A stretch of 64,000 bases of DNA, from NCBI GenBank assembly GCA_051892935.1, contig JBJFGS010000025.1:64001-128000 (forward strand). The letters are read 5' to 3'. The translations under genes were made by a program, and so were the position numbers. This document shows positions 48,030 to 58,002 of this stretch, one piece after another. The notes under the pieces were generated by a model. It worked only from the letters and a program-made list of their open reading frames with translations, ran no database searches and was not told the origin of the DNA. Every line of letters begins with the position of its first letter. Position 1 is the first letter of the stretch. The stretch comes from Candidatus Coprovivens sp. (GTDB lineage Bacteria > Bacillota_I > Bacilli_A > RF39 > UBA660).

Positions 48030-49785
48030 CTTTTTTCACCTCTATTTTAATTCCTAACTCTTTAAGTTGTTCCCTAGTTAATTCGCTTGGACTTCCCATC
48101 ATTTGATCAGCTCCAGAAGCACTAGGTGGAAACGCTTGAACTTCTCTTAAATTAGGTTCATCTTTAATTAACATAAGTATTCTATCAATTCCAGGAGCCA
48201 TTCCTCCATGTGGAGGGCATCCATACTTAAACGCTGTAAATATAGATTTAAATCTTGTTTCAATTTCATCCCTAGTATAGCCAACTACTTCAAAACCTTT
48301 AGCTAAACTTTCTAAATCATGATTTCTAATAGCTCCAGAAGCCATCTCATTACCATTACAAACAAAATCATATTGATAAGCTAAAATGTCACCAACATCT
48401 TCATATTTATCATAATCAGATATTCCACCATGAGGTAAACTAAATGGATTATGACAGAATTCATATTTTTTCTTTTCATCATCCCATTCAAACATTGGGA
48501 AATCATTTACAATACATAATTCTAATTTATTAGTATCAATTAATTCTAATTTTCTACCTAATTCAGTTCTAATTAAACCAGCAAATTTTTGTGCTTGTTT
48601 AACTCTCTTATTAGCAATAAAAAACATTACAGAATTAGTTTTCATATTAAACTTTTTAATTAAATTATCTCTTTCTTCATTACTTAAGAATTTATCAATA
48701 GGTCCTTTAAATGTTCCATCTTCCATTAAAGTAAGATATCCAATACCAGGCATACCAATAGATGATGCAAAATCAACAACTTCATTAAACCAAGAATTTG
48801 GTTTATCTCCAATATCATCTACTACAATAACTTTTATAGTACTTTTCTTAAAAGGGCCAAAAGTAATATCTTTAAGTACTTCAGTAGCATCTTTTATAAT
48901 AAGTGGATTTCTTAAATCAGGTTTATCTGTTCCATACATATCCATCGCATCTTTATAAGCAATCCTCCTAAAAGGTTTAGGACTTACCTTTTTATTAGTA
49001 AAAGTAGTAAATACATCATAAAAAATATCTTCTCCAACTTCTAAAACTTCATCTTCAGTAACAAAAGACATTTCTAAATCTAATTGATAAAATTCTAAAG
49101 TTCTATCAGCTCTTGCATCTTCATCTCTAAAACAAGGAGCAATTTGAAAATACTTTTCAACACCACCAACCATTAATAACTCTTTATATATTTGAGGAGC
49201 TTGTGGCAAAGCATAAAACTTTCCTTTAAAGTTTCTTGAAGGAACAACAAAATCTCTTGCTCCTTCAGGACTAGAAGCTGTAAGAATAGGTGTTTGAACT
49301 TCCATAAAACCATTATCATACATTTTATTTCTTAAAAAATGTAAAACATCACTTCTTAGCTTAAAATTATCTTTAACTTTATTATTTCTCATATCAAGAT
49401 ATCTATATTTTAACCTTATATCTTCGCTAGCTTCTTTAGAAGAAACAATTTGAAAAGGAAGTTCATGTAATGAAGATCCCAACACTTCCAAAGTATCTAC
49501 TAACAACTCAACTTCACCAGTTTTTAGATTATTATTTATAGTATCCTCGCTTCTCTTTCTAATAATCCCAGACAATTTAACTACTGATTCTTTAGCAAGA
49601 CCAACAAATAATGAATCATCATTTGATACCGCTTGTAGTTTTTCAGTATTATCTCTTAAATCTAAAAACAATACTCCACCATGATCTCTTATATTTTCAA
49701 TCCATCCACTAACTACTACAGTTTTTCCTACTAATGTAGAATCTATATCACAACAATGATGTGTTCTAAAAATATTTTGCTTCAT
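48022..49785 (-). CDS. aspS: Aspartate-tRNA ligase, probably non-discriminating
   Basis: RTHHC, RDHGG, YRYLDMR, ALPQAPQ, CFRDED and PPHGGMAPGIDR. Confidence 0.97.
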   Translation of the reverse strand: MKQNIFRTHHCCDIDSTLVGKTVVVSGWIENIRDHGGVLFLDLRDNTEKLQAVSNDDSLFVGLAKESVVKLSGIIRKRSEDTINNNLKTGEVELLVDTLEVLGSSLHELPFQIVSSKEASEDIRLKYRYLDMRNNKVKDNFKLRSDVLHFLRNKMYDNGFMEVQTPILTASSPEGARDFVVPSRNFKGKFYALPQAPQIYKELLMVGGVEKYFQIAPCFRDEDARADRTLEFYQLDLEMSFVTEDEVLEVGEDIFYDVFTTFTNKKVSPKPFRRIAYKDAMDMYGTDKPDLRNPLIIKDATEVLKDITFGPFKKSTIKVIVVDDIGDKPNSWFNEVVDFASSIGMPGIGYLTLMEDGTFKGPIDKFLSNEERDNLIKKFNMKTNSVMFFIANKRVKQAQKFAGLIRTELGRKLELIDTNKLELCIVNDFPMFEWDDEKKKYEFCHNPFSLPHGGISDYDKYEDVGDILAYQYDFVCNGNEMASGAIRNHDLESLAKGFEVVGYTRDEIETRFKSIFTAFKYGCPPHGGMAPGIDRILMLIKDEPNLREVQAFPPSASGADQMMGSPSELTREQLKELGIKIEVKKDE

Positions 49786-49822
49786 ATCAATCTACTTCCT
49801 TTCTTTCTTATTTTTATTTATA

Positions 49823-51190
49823 TTAATATTCGCAATTTCCTGGAGTTCTTGGATAAGGAATAACATCTCTTATATTTTCAACACCAGTTAGATATATAAG
49901 TAATCTTTCAAATCCCATTCCAAACCCAGAATGAATACATCCTCCAAATTTTCTTAAATTTAGGTACCAATCCATACCATCAGTTGCCATACCTAATTCA
50001 TTCATTCTATTAACTAATTTATCATAATTTTCTTCTCTTTGTGAACCGCCCATTAATTCACCAGCACCAGGTACTTCTAAATCAACAGCAGCTACTGTTT
50101 TACCATCATCATTTTGTTTCATATAGAATGCCTTAATATCTTTAGGCCAATTTTTTATAAATACCGGTCCATTAAAATACTCAGTAATATATTTTTCGTG
50201 TTCCTTAGCAATATCTTCCCCATATTCAGGTTCAAATTCCCATTTAACATCAGCTTCTTTAAGAATCTTAATTACTTCATCATGATCAATTCTTACAAAT
50301 GAACTATTTACTAAATTAGTTAATTTTTCTTTCAATCCCTTTTCAACAAATTGATCAAAGAAATCTATTTCCAAGGAAGCATTATCAAGTACATATTGAA
50401 CAACATACTTAAGCATATCCTCCATAACATCCATATCACCATTTAAATCAGTAAATGCCATTTCAGGCTCAATCATCCAAAATTCATTTGCATGCGTTTT
50501 AGTATTAGAATTTTCAGCTCTAAAAGTCGGACCAAATGTATAAGTCTTTTTATAAGCTAAAGCAAATGTTTCAGCTTCAAGTTGACCACTAACAGTTAAA
50601 TTAGCCATCTTACCAAAGAAATCCTTTGAATAATCAGGTTTACCATTAACTCTTTCTAAATCCAAAGTAGTAACTTGAAACATTTCTCCTGCTCCTTCAC
50701 AATCACTAGCAGTAATAAGAGGTGCATGAAAATACACATAATTTCTTTCTTGAAAATATTTATGTATAGCATAAGCAGCAATACTTCTAACTCTAAATAC
50801 TGCTTGAAAAAGATTAGTTCTAGGTCTTAAATAAGCTTGTTCTCTTAAAAATTCTCTAGTATGTCTCTTAGGTTGAATAGGATAATCAGCAGGACAATCT
50901 CCTAACAAAGTTACAACACTAGCTTTTAATTCAACATCTTGATTACCAGAACTTTCAACTAATATCCCTTTAACTTCAATAGCACAACCTACTAACATTT
51001 TTTGTATATCTAAAAAATTATCAAGTCCATTATCATAAACAACTTGTAAATGTTGTTGTGTAGTACCATCACTAAAATCAATAAAACCAAATTCCTTTTG
51101 CTTACGATGATTTCTTATCCATCCCTGAATAATAACTTCATCTCCAATATGAGCATTATTAAATAAATCTTTTAAATCCATAATATTCAT
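49823..51190 (-). CDS. asnS: Asparagine-tRNA ligase
   Basis: EGAGEMF, LTVSGQL, FGPTFRAENSNT, GGSQRE and GFGMGFER. Confidence 0.98.
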   Translation of the reverse strand: MNIMDLKDLFNNAHIGDEVIIQGWIRNHRKQKEFGFIDFSDGTTQQHLQVVYDNGLDNFLDIQKMLVGCAIEVKGILVESSGNQDVELKASVVTLLGDCPADYPIQPKRHTREFLREQAYLRPRTNLFQAVFRVRSIAAYAIHKYFQERNYVYFHAPLITASDCEGAGEMFQVTTLDLERVNGKPDYSKDFFGKMANLTVSGQLEAETFALAYKKTYTFGPTFRAENSNTKTHANEFWMIEPEMAFTDLNGDMDVMEDMLKYVVQYVLDNASLEIDFFDQFVEKGLKEKLTNLVNSSFVRIDHDEVIKILKEADVKWEFEPEYGEDIAKEHEKYITEYFNGPVFIKNWPKDIKAFYMKQNDDGKTVAAVDLEVPGAGELMGGSQREENYDKLVNRMNELGMATDGMDWYLNLRKFGGCIHSGFGMGFERLLIYLTGVENIRDVIPYPRTPGNCEY

Positions 51191-51192
51191 CC

Positions 51193-52461
51193 CTATCTAC
51201 AATTTATATCTAAATAATCATCAATCTCTGCTTCTTTAACCATTGTTACTTCCTTAGTATGATTATCTTTAACTTGAATTTCTCCACCTACTAAATCTTC
51301 ACTATTAAGTATTACTAAAAATTTTGCATTTAATCTATCTGCCTGTTTAAATTGACCTTTTAAAGCTCTTCCCATATATTCAGTTTCAACACGTAATCCT
51401 TGTAATCTTAAATCTTGCGTTAAAGCCATCGCATACTCTTTTTCAGTATCATTTACATATAAAATAAATGCATCTAACTCATTATTAATAGGTACTTCAA
51501 TATTTTCTTTATCCAAAGCCATAACAAGCCTACCCAGTCCACAAGCAAATCCAATACCAGGTGTAGATGGACCTCCTAAATTACTAACCAAAGTATCATA
51601 TCTACCACCACCAGCTAAGACATTATTAGAACCAAAATCCTTAACTGTAGCTTCAATTTCAAATACAGTATGACAATAATAATCTAATCCTCTAACTATT
51701 TTAGGATCAACTTCATAATCAATATCTAAAACATCTAAATAATTTTGAACATCCATAAATCTATTTTTAGATTCTTCATTTAAGTAATCTAACATTACTG
51801 GAGCATTCTTAATTATGTCATTTTCAGCATCAAATTTACAATCTAAGATACGTAATGGATTCTTTTTTAATCTCTCATTACAATCAGGACACAATTCACT
51901 TATATGAGGCTCAAAATAATCAATTAAAGCGTTTCTATAATTATCTCTAGATAGAGTATCACCTAAACTATTAATTTTAACTTTTATACCTTTTAACCCC
52001 AATAATTTAAAAATATTAACAGCAACAGAAATAACTTCTGCATCAATAGCGGGATCATCACTACCAAGAACCTCAACCCCAAACTGCGTAAGTTCTCTAT
52101 CTCTTCCAGATTGTGGTCTCTCATATCGATACATTGTTCCATTATAGTATAGTTTTACAGGTTGTATAGTATCTCCATACATTTTATTTTCAATAAAACT
52201 TCTAACAACACCAGCTGTTCCTTCTGGTCTTAAAGTCATATTTCTATCCCCACGATCAACAAAATCATAAGTTTCTTTAGACACTATATCTGTTGTATCT
52301 CCAACACCTCTATGAAACAATTCCGTACTTTCAAAAATAGGTGTTCTAATCATTCCATAATTATATCTTTCCATTACTTCATCAACAACACGACTAACAT
52401 ATTGCCATTTTTTCATTTGTTCACCATACAAATCATAAGTTCCCTTAGGTTTAGTTATCAT
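51193..52461 (-). CDS. hisS: Histidine-tRNA ligase
   Basis: TKPKGTYD, LRPEGTA, RYERPQSGR, VRGLDYY and GGRYD; start at ATG 52461 after GGAGG. Confidence 0.98.
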   Translation of the reverse strand: MITKPKGTYDLYGEQMKKWQYVSRVVDEVMERYNYGMIRTPIFESTELFHRGVGDTTDIVSKETYDFVDRGDRNMTLRPEGTAGVVRSFIENKMYGDTIQPVKLYYNGTMYRYERPQSGRDRELTQFGVEVLGSDDPAIDAEVISVAVNIFKLLGLKGIKVKINSLGDTLSRDNYRNALIDYFEPHISELCPDCNERLKKNPLRILDCKFDAENDIIKNAPVMLDYLNEESKNRFMDVQNYLDVLDIDYEVDPKIVRGLDYYCHTVFEIEATVKDFGSNNVLAGGGRYDTLVSNLGGPSTPGIGFACGLGRLVMALDKENIEVPINNELDAFILYVNDTEKEYAMALTQDLRLQGLRVETEYMGRALKGQFKQADRLNAKFLVILNSEDLVGGEIQVKDNHTKEVTMVKEAEIDDYLDINCR

Positions 52462-52479
52462 TATATCTCCTCCATAAAT

Positions 52480-52689
52480 AAAAAAGGTACCTAAATAACG
52501 TAAGGACGAAAAATTCCGCGGTGCCACCTTACTTTACTTAGGTACTCTCATATTTTTATTTTATCGCTCTTAATGCGTTCTTAATATCAGAAAGTTGTTT
52601 TTCATATATAATCCAATAAGGCATTTCCACCATATAGCCCTCTCTTTTATTTTCAATATATACTACTCGTCTTTCAATAAGAAAAGTCT
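52480..52689 (-). promoter_or_regulatory. T-box riboswitch leader, probable Asn specifier (AAC)
   Basis: AGAGA and GGTGGAA stem-I motifs, specifier loop GAAAAACAA, T-box AAGGTGGCACCGCGG, terminator with a U run. Confidence 0.9.
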
Positions 52690-52695
52690 AAAAGT

Positions 52696-52724
52696 ATTTT
52701 ACTATCAAAATAATAATTAGTCAA
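52696..52724 (-). promoter_or_regulatory. sigmaA promoter of the hisS operon
   Basis: TTGACT-17-TAAAAT on the minus strand, directly upstream of the T-box leader. Confidence 0.7.
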
Positions 52725-52809
52725 TAAATAGATTTAATTTATTCATATGACTAGCTATAATATTAACACTTTTTAGTAATATTAACAAAAAAAGCAAGAA
52801 AACTTGCTT

Positions 52810-54126
52810 TTAATCATTAGCATCCCATATATTAGTATTTACAGCTTTAGTATCATAATCATACTTCAATTCTCTTCCCTTATATATTCTTAATAATAAA
52901 ACTCCTTTATTCTCAGCATATAATTGAAAAGCAGGATGAGAAAAATCATCATAATGCATTTCTGAAAAATATAGTTTAATTTTATATCTCTCTGTTTTAC
53001 CATAATCCATAAAGTGTAAAACACTATCTTCACTAGTTAAATACATCACAAAAGTATCTCTAGCCAAAACTTCTGTTACTTTTTCAATATTTAAAAACTC
53101 ATTACCATCAATTCTAAATATTCTATAATCTACAAAAGTATCATCACCAATTGTCCTATCTCGTCCAGTCTTAAAATAATAAGTATGATTATTGTTTTTC
53201 CATACATCGTAAATAGGATCTACACTTTCAGCCGAAACAGTAGACTTTTTATATAAATCATATATAAACCATATACCATCTTTACACAAAATATAGTAAT
53301 CAGTATCTTCATCATAACTAATAGAATCATAAACATAATCTAATTCTTTAATTATTTCACCATCTTTATCTATCTTAATTAATCCCCACTTACCAGTATC
53401 CATACTTTTTACTATATATCGATTATTTTCACCATAACCAATATCATAATCTTCATCCAAAGTACTCATTTTAACATCAGCAAATTTAGCAATAATTTCT
53501 GGCTTATGTTCATCATCTTCTAAAAATCTATACAAATAAATAATTCTAGAATAATTTAAATCACCATATTCAGATTCTTGTTTTAATGAATCATCCACAA
53601 AGGCAAAAGTCTCATAAATCATCCCCAAAGTATAAGGATCATGTTTCGTCAAAGCATCTTTATTAGTTGTATTATACTGATCATATCCACCAAAAGCTTT
53701 ATTACATCCTAAAACAGTATTTATACATTTATAAGTTCCTAATAGTTCACCTTTTCTACTATAATAATAAAGTAATCCTTTATATTTATCATATCTCTTT
53801 ATATTTTCAGGAACTTCATAATCAGTATCTACAACAGGCAAATCAGGTAAAGCCTCAGGATTTTTAAGTCCAATCCAAAAAGGAACCATTTCTTTCTTTG
53901 TTATAGAAACTCTGTTATAAGCCCTATAAACATATCCAAAAGAAATATATTCATTAACAACACCATCATCATACTTTCTTTCAATATGTAAAGCCAATAT
54001 AGGTGTCTTACCTTCAGTATATCTAACATAATTTATAATAAACAATATTCCCCATAAAATCAAAACGATTAACACAATTAATTCTATTTTTTTCTCTTTA
54101 GACATCTTCTTTGGCGTTTGATACAT
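52810..54126 (-). CDS. Membrane-anchored extracellular protein with WG-repeat-like segment
   Basis: N-terminal TM helix; GKWGLIKIDKDGEII...YDSI. Confidence 0.6.
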   Translation of the reverse strand: MYQTPKKMSKEKKIELIVLIVLILWGILFIINYVRYTEGKTPILALHIERKYDDGVVNEYISFGYVYRAYNRVSITKKEMVPFWIGLKNPEALPDLPVVDTDYEVPENIKRYDKYKGLLYYYSRKGELLGTYKCINTVLGCNKAFGGYDQYNTTNKDALTKHDPYTLGMIYETFAFVDDSLKQESEYGDLNYSRIIYLYRFLEDDEHKPEIIAKFADVKMSTLDEDYDIGYGENNRYIVKSMDTGKWGLIKIDKDGEIIKELDYVYDSISYDEDTDYYILCKDGIWFIYDLYKKSTVSAESVDPIYDVWKNNNHTYYFKTGRDRTIGDDTFVDYRIFRIDGNEFLNIEKVTEVLARDTFVMYLTSEDSVLHFMDYGKTERYKIKLYFSEMHYDDFSHPAFQLYAENKGVLLLRIYKGRELKYDYDTKAVNTNIWDAND

Positions 54127-54205
54127 TTTATACCACCTCTATTATATATAATATCACATTTTATAATATTAAAAAATAACAAATAATTAAAAAGGATAAA
54201 CGCAT

Positions 54206-54973
54206 CTATCCTTCATTAACTATTGAACTACTAATTAAATAAAAAGATTCATCTTCTTTTAAGAAAATATGTTCATATAAAACACCATCCTGTTTAATAG
54301 TTTTATCAGATAAAGAAGGTTTTTCTTTTCCTTTATAATTACTACAAAATTCTTCTCCAAAATAATTAATACATCTATTAATATCACGCAAATCAATTTG
54401 TAAATAATACTCTCGAATAGCTATTTGATTATTAGATTTATAAGCACTATCATAACTAGAATATCCAAATACAGTATTAGTATAATCATCAATTAAACAG
54501 TAGTATCTTTTACCATCATTTTTACAATCATATCCATGATAATTAAAATCATCAAAATTTATTTCATTGTCAGAAATAAAATATTTCTTTTGATAATTAC
54601 TAAAAACACTATTATCAATAATTCTAATTTTACAATCAGTACTACTAGTGAATTTAATTGTTTTAGTAACTTGACAAACTATCTTTTCATGTTCATAAAT
54701 TTTTTCATTATAATCATTTTTAGTAAGATTATCTATAACAAAATGAACAATCTCCTCACTAGTCAAATCTTCACTAAGAAATTCTGCTTTTCTTAAATCA
54801 GTTTTATCTTTTATTCTGTCATAAAGAACTACTGCCGTAGGATCTTTTTCATCTAACTTAGTGGTAGTTAACAATTCATATCCATATTTAGCATTTCCAA
54901 CAACCAAAAAAGTAATTGTTAATACAACAAGAACTACTAAAACAACGACAAAAGTTTTAACTACATCTTTCAT
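54206..54973 (-). CDS. Membrane-anchored extracellular hypothetical protein
   Basis: N-terminal TM helix; architecture similar to 27297..28124. Confidence 0.7.
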   Translation of the reverse strand: MKDVVKTFVVVLVVLVVLTITFLVVGNAKYGYELLTTTKLDEKDPTAVVLYDRIKDKTDLRKAEFLSEDLTSEEIVHFVIDNLTKNDYNEKIYEHEKIVCQVTKTIKFTSSTDCKIRIIDNSVFSNYQKKYFISDNEINFDDFNYHGYDCKNDGKRYYCLIDDYTNTVFGYSSYDSAYKSNNQIAIREYYLQIDLRDINRCINYFGEEFCSNYKGKEKPSLSDKTIKQDGVLYEHIFLKEDESFYLISSSIVNEG

Positions 54974-54983
54974 AAGTACCACC

Positions 54984-55427
54984 TTATTTAATATCAGTAT
55001 CTATAATTATTGTTGTAGGGCCATCATTAATAATTTCTACCTTCATATCAGCTCCAAAAATACCGCCCTTAGTAGGAACAATCTCATTAAGCAATTCATT
55101 AAACTTTTCATACATAGGTTTAGCCTTTTCTCCTCCTAAAGCTCTAATATAAGAAGGACGATTACCCTTTCTCGTATCACCATATAAAGTAAATTGTGAA
55201 ATAGATAAAATTTCTCCTTTTTCATCGATAACACTTCTATTCATAACATCATTCTCATCTTCAAAGACTCTTAGATTTGTTATCTTCCTAACACAATACT
55301 TTATATCTTCCAAAGTATCAGTATCAGTAAACCCAACTAAAACATTTAATCCTCTTCCAATCTCATTTACTAAAGCTCCATTAACCACTACTTTTGATCT
55401 ATTTACTTTTTGAACAACACATCTCAT
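54984..55427 (-). CDS. dtd: D-aminoacyl-tRNA deacylase
   Basis: SQFTL, GNRPS, FGADM and NDGPT. Confidence 0.97.
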   Translation of the reverse strand: MRCVVQKVNRSKVVVNGALVNEIGRGLNVLVGFTDTDTLEDIKYCVRKITNLRVFEDENDVMNRSVIDEKGEILSISQFTLYGDTRKGNRPSYIRALGGEKAKPMYEKFNELLNEIVPTKGGIFGADMKVEIINDGPTTIIIDTDIK

Positions 55428-57589
55428 AATTTACTTTTCCTTTCAACTTCAATTAAGAAAGGCAATGACTTCAAATCACTAATAAAGTTTTCCAATTGTG
55501 TAGAACTAGTCGTTTTAATTGTAAGTGCAAAAGTAGTACTATCTAATTCTTCTATAGTTTTAACAGATTCAATATAAACATCTTTTTGAGAAGCTTTTGT
55601 AATAATATCAAGTAACTGATTTTTACCTCTAACAACCTTAATAGTTATATCTGTAAGATAAGAAGAATCACTATTCATATTCCATTCAACATCAATTAAT
55701 CTCGTACTATTCTTTATATTTGGACAATCCTTTTTGTGGACAGCTATACCTTCTCCTTTAGTAATATAACCAATAATAGGATCACCCTTAACAGGTTTAC
55801 AACAAGTTGCTATTGTAACTAAAATATCATCAGTACCAGCAACAATTATATCACCTTTTGAAGCCTTATTACTTATACTACCTCTATTATTAACTTTACT
55901 TAGATAGATATCCATAACATCTTTTTTATCTTCAAATAATAAATCAATAATATAACCAGCTGTATATCTTAAAGATCCAATAGATAAATATAAATCATCT
56001 AAATCATTTGTATGAGTGTCCCTAAACACTTTATTTAGATTATCATCAGTCAATACATCAGAAAAAGATAATTTTCTTCTTCTAATTTCTTTTTCCAACA
56101 TTTCCTTACCACTATTAATATAATTAGTTCTATCTTGTTTACTAAAATATGATTTGATTTTACTTTTAGCCTGGCTCGTTTTAACAAAATTCAACCAATC
56201 TTTATTTGGATTAGCTTCTTTTCCAGTGTTAATTTTTACAATATCTCCATCTTGCAATTCATAATCTAAAGGAACAATTTGATCATTGACAATAGCTCCT
56301 ATAGTTCTATCGCCAACACCACTATGAATACGATATGCAAAATCTATAGGAGTTGCACCTTTAGGTAATTCTAAAACATCTCCTTTTGGAGTATAACAAT
56401 AAATTAAATCAGTAAGTAATTCATTATTTAAATTATTAGCAAACTCAACATCACTTTCTACACCATTATTAGCTTCAATAATATTTCTAAACATTTCAAG
56501 TTTATGTTCCATCATACTCTGTACTTTAACAGAACCTTTTTCTTTATAAGACCAATGCGAAGCAATACCTTTTTCTGCAATTTCATCCATTTCATAGGTT
56601 CTTACTTGTACTTCAAAAAGTTGCCCTTCTACACCAAAAACAGTCGTATGCAAACTCTGATACATGTTTTCTTTGGGATTAGCAACATAATCCTTAAATC
56701 TTCTAGGCATAGGTCTAAATTTACTATGTATCAACCCTATAGTTAAATAACACTCTTGTACAGTGTCAACAAATACTCTTAAAGCTAAAATATCATAAAT
56801 ATCACTAAACCTCTTACCATTATCCATTTTATTATAAAGACTGTGAACAGATTTAACTCTGCCCTTTATTTTAAAAGGAATACCATTTTCTGTAAGAATA
56901 TCAGAAATACTTTGTTTCATCTCTAGTAAATACTCATTTAATTGTTCTCTAGAAGCATCAAGTTTTTCCAAAATATCGTTATATACATCCGGTTTAGTAT
57001 ATCGTAGGCATAAATCCTCTAATTCACTCTTAATACTATTAATACCTAATCTATGAGCAATCGGAATTAAAACAGCAGTCGTTTCATTAGCTTTTTGCTT
57101 CTGCTCATCAACAGTTAAAGCATCAAGAGTTCTCATATTATGTAATCTATCAGCTAATTTTATAAATAAAACTCTAACATCTTCAGAAAGTCCAATTAAT
57201 ACTTTTCTTAAATAAGCAGCAGAAGAATCTTTATCATCAGATAATTCTAGTCTATTAATTTTACTCAAACTATTTACAATAGTAGCAATTTCTTCACCAA
57301 AATCCTCTCTTATTTCATCTAAAGTCGCATCTGTATGATTTATCGTTTCATGTAAAAGAGCCGAAGCAAGAGTAATATAATCAACATTTAAATCACATAA
57401 AATATTAGCAACTTCTAAAGGATGTGTTATATAATCATCACCATTACGTCTTTTTTTACCCGCATGTTTAGCTAAAGCAAAACTATAAGCATTATTAATT
57501 ACATCCAACTCATCTTGTTTTTTTACTATTTTTTTAATTTTTTCATATAATTCATCATAAGTAACAGGTTTTTCATTATTTTGTGTCAT
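55424..57589 (-). CDS. relA: Bifunctional (p)ppGpp synthetase/hydrolase (Rel)
   Basis: IKLADRLHNMRT, YQSLHT, EVQVRT, GIASHW; TGS, Cys-containing and ACT domains. Confidence 0.97.
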   Translation of the reverse strand: MTQNNEKPVTYDELYEKIKKIVKKQDELDVINNAYSFALAKHAGKKRRNGDDYITHPLEVANILCDLNVDYITLASALLHETINHTDATLDEIREDFGEEIATIVNSLSKINRLELSDDKDSSAAYLRKVLIGLSEDVRVLFIKLADRLHNMRTLDALTVDEQKQKANETTAVLIPIAHRLGINSIKSELEDLCLRYTKPDVYNDILEKLDASREQLNEYLLEMKQSISDILTENGIPFKIKGRVKSVHSLYNKMDNGKRFSDIYDILALRVFVDTVQECYLTIGLIHSKFRPMPRRFKDYVANPKENMYQSLHTTVFGVEGQLFEVQVRTYEMDEIAEKGIASHWSYKEKGSVKVQSMMEHKLEMFRNIIEANNGVESDVEFANNLNNELLTDLIYCYTPKGDVLELPKGATPIDFAYRIHSGVGDRTIGAIVNDQIVPLDYELQDGDIVKINTGKEANPNKDWLNFVKTSQAKSKIKSYFSKQDRTNYINSGKEMLEKEIRRRKLSFSDVLTDDNLNKVFRDTHTNDLDDLYLSIGSLRYTAGYIIDLLFEDKKDVMDIYLSKVNNRGSISNKASKGDIIVAGTDDILVTIATCCKPVKGDPIIGYITKGEGIAVHKKDCPNIKNSTRLIDVEWNMNSDSSYLTDITIKVVRGKNQLLDIITKASQKDVYIESVKTIEELDSTTFALTIKTTSSTQLENFISDLKSLPFLIEVERKSKL

Positions 57590-57615
57590 CACCAAAGTCA
57601 TCTCCTATCATCACA

Positions 57616-57927
57616 TTATGATTTCAACTTAGGTAAGATAATATCACCATCACCAAGTTGTCCATCATTTTTTGCATCTATATTCATATATTTATTATGA
57701 TAATAACTAACTATTAAATTATTATCAGTATGTAAAATATCATCAACCATATCACATAATTCTAAACCAATAGATAAAGACCACTTATTAAATCGTAAAT
57801 AATCCCAAATATCTTTTTCTGAAATATTTTTAAACCCAGCTTGTCTTAACAATCTTTTCTTACTTCTTAAAGCCGGTTTAATTCTATCGTAAAGTTCTTC
57901 TTGTGAATTCATAATAATTTCTTCCAT
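57616..57927 (-). CDS. ComN/YrzD-like post-transcriptional regulator
   Basis: PALRSK...GF..I...DIWDYL...W...L..MVDDIL pattern; next to spoVB as in B. subtilis. Confidence 0.75.
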   Translation of the reverse strand: MEEIIMNSQEELYDRIKPALRSKKRLLRQAGFKNISEKDIWDYLRFNKWSLSIGLELCDMVDDILHTDNNLIVSYYHNKYMNIDAKNDGQLGDGDIILPKLKS

Positions 57928-58002
57928 ATTAATCACCTTAACATAATACTTCAACACTTACATTATATAACAAAAAGAAAAACTTATAAAGGAGAAAAGC
58001 CT

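Noticed and set aside
52462-52527. N-terminal extension of hisS
   Set aside because: It lies within the T-box terminator; GGAGG supports ATG 52461.
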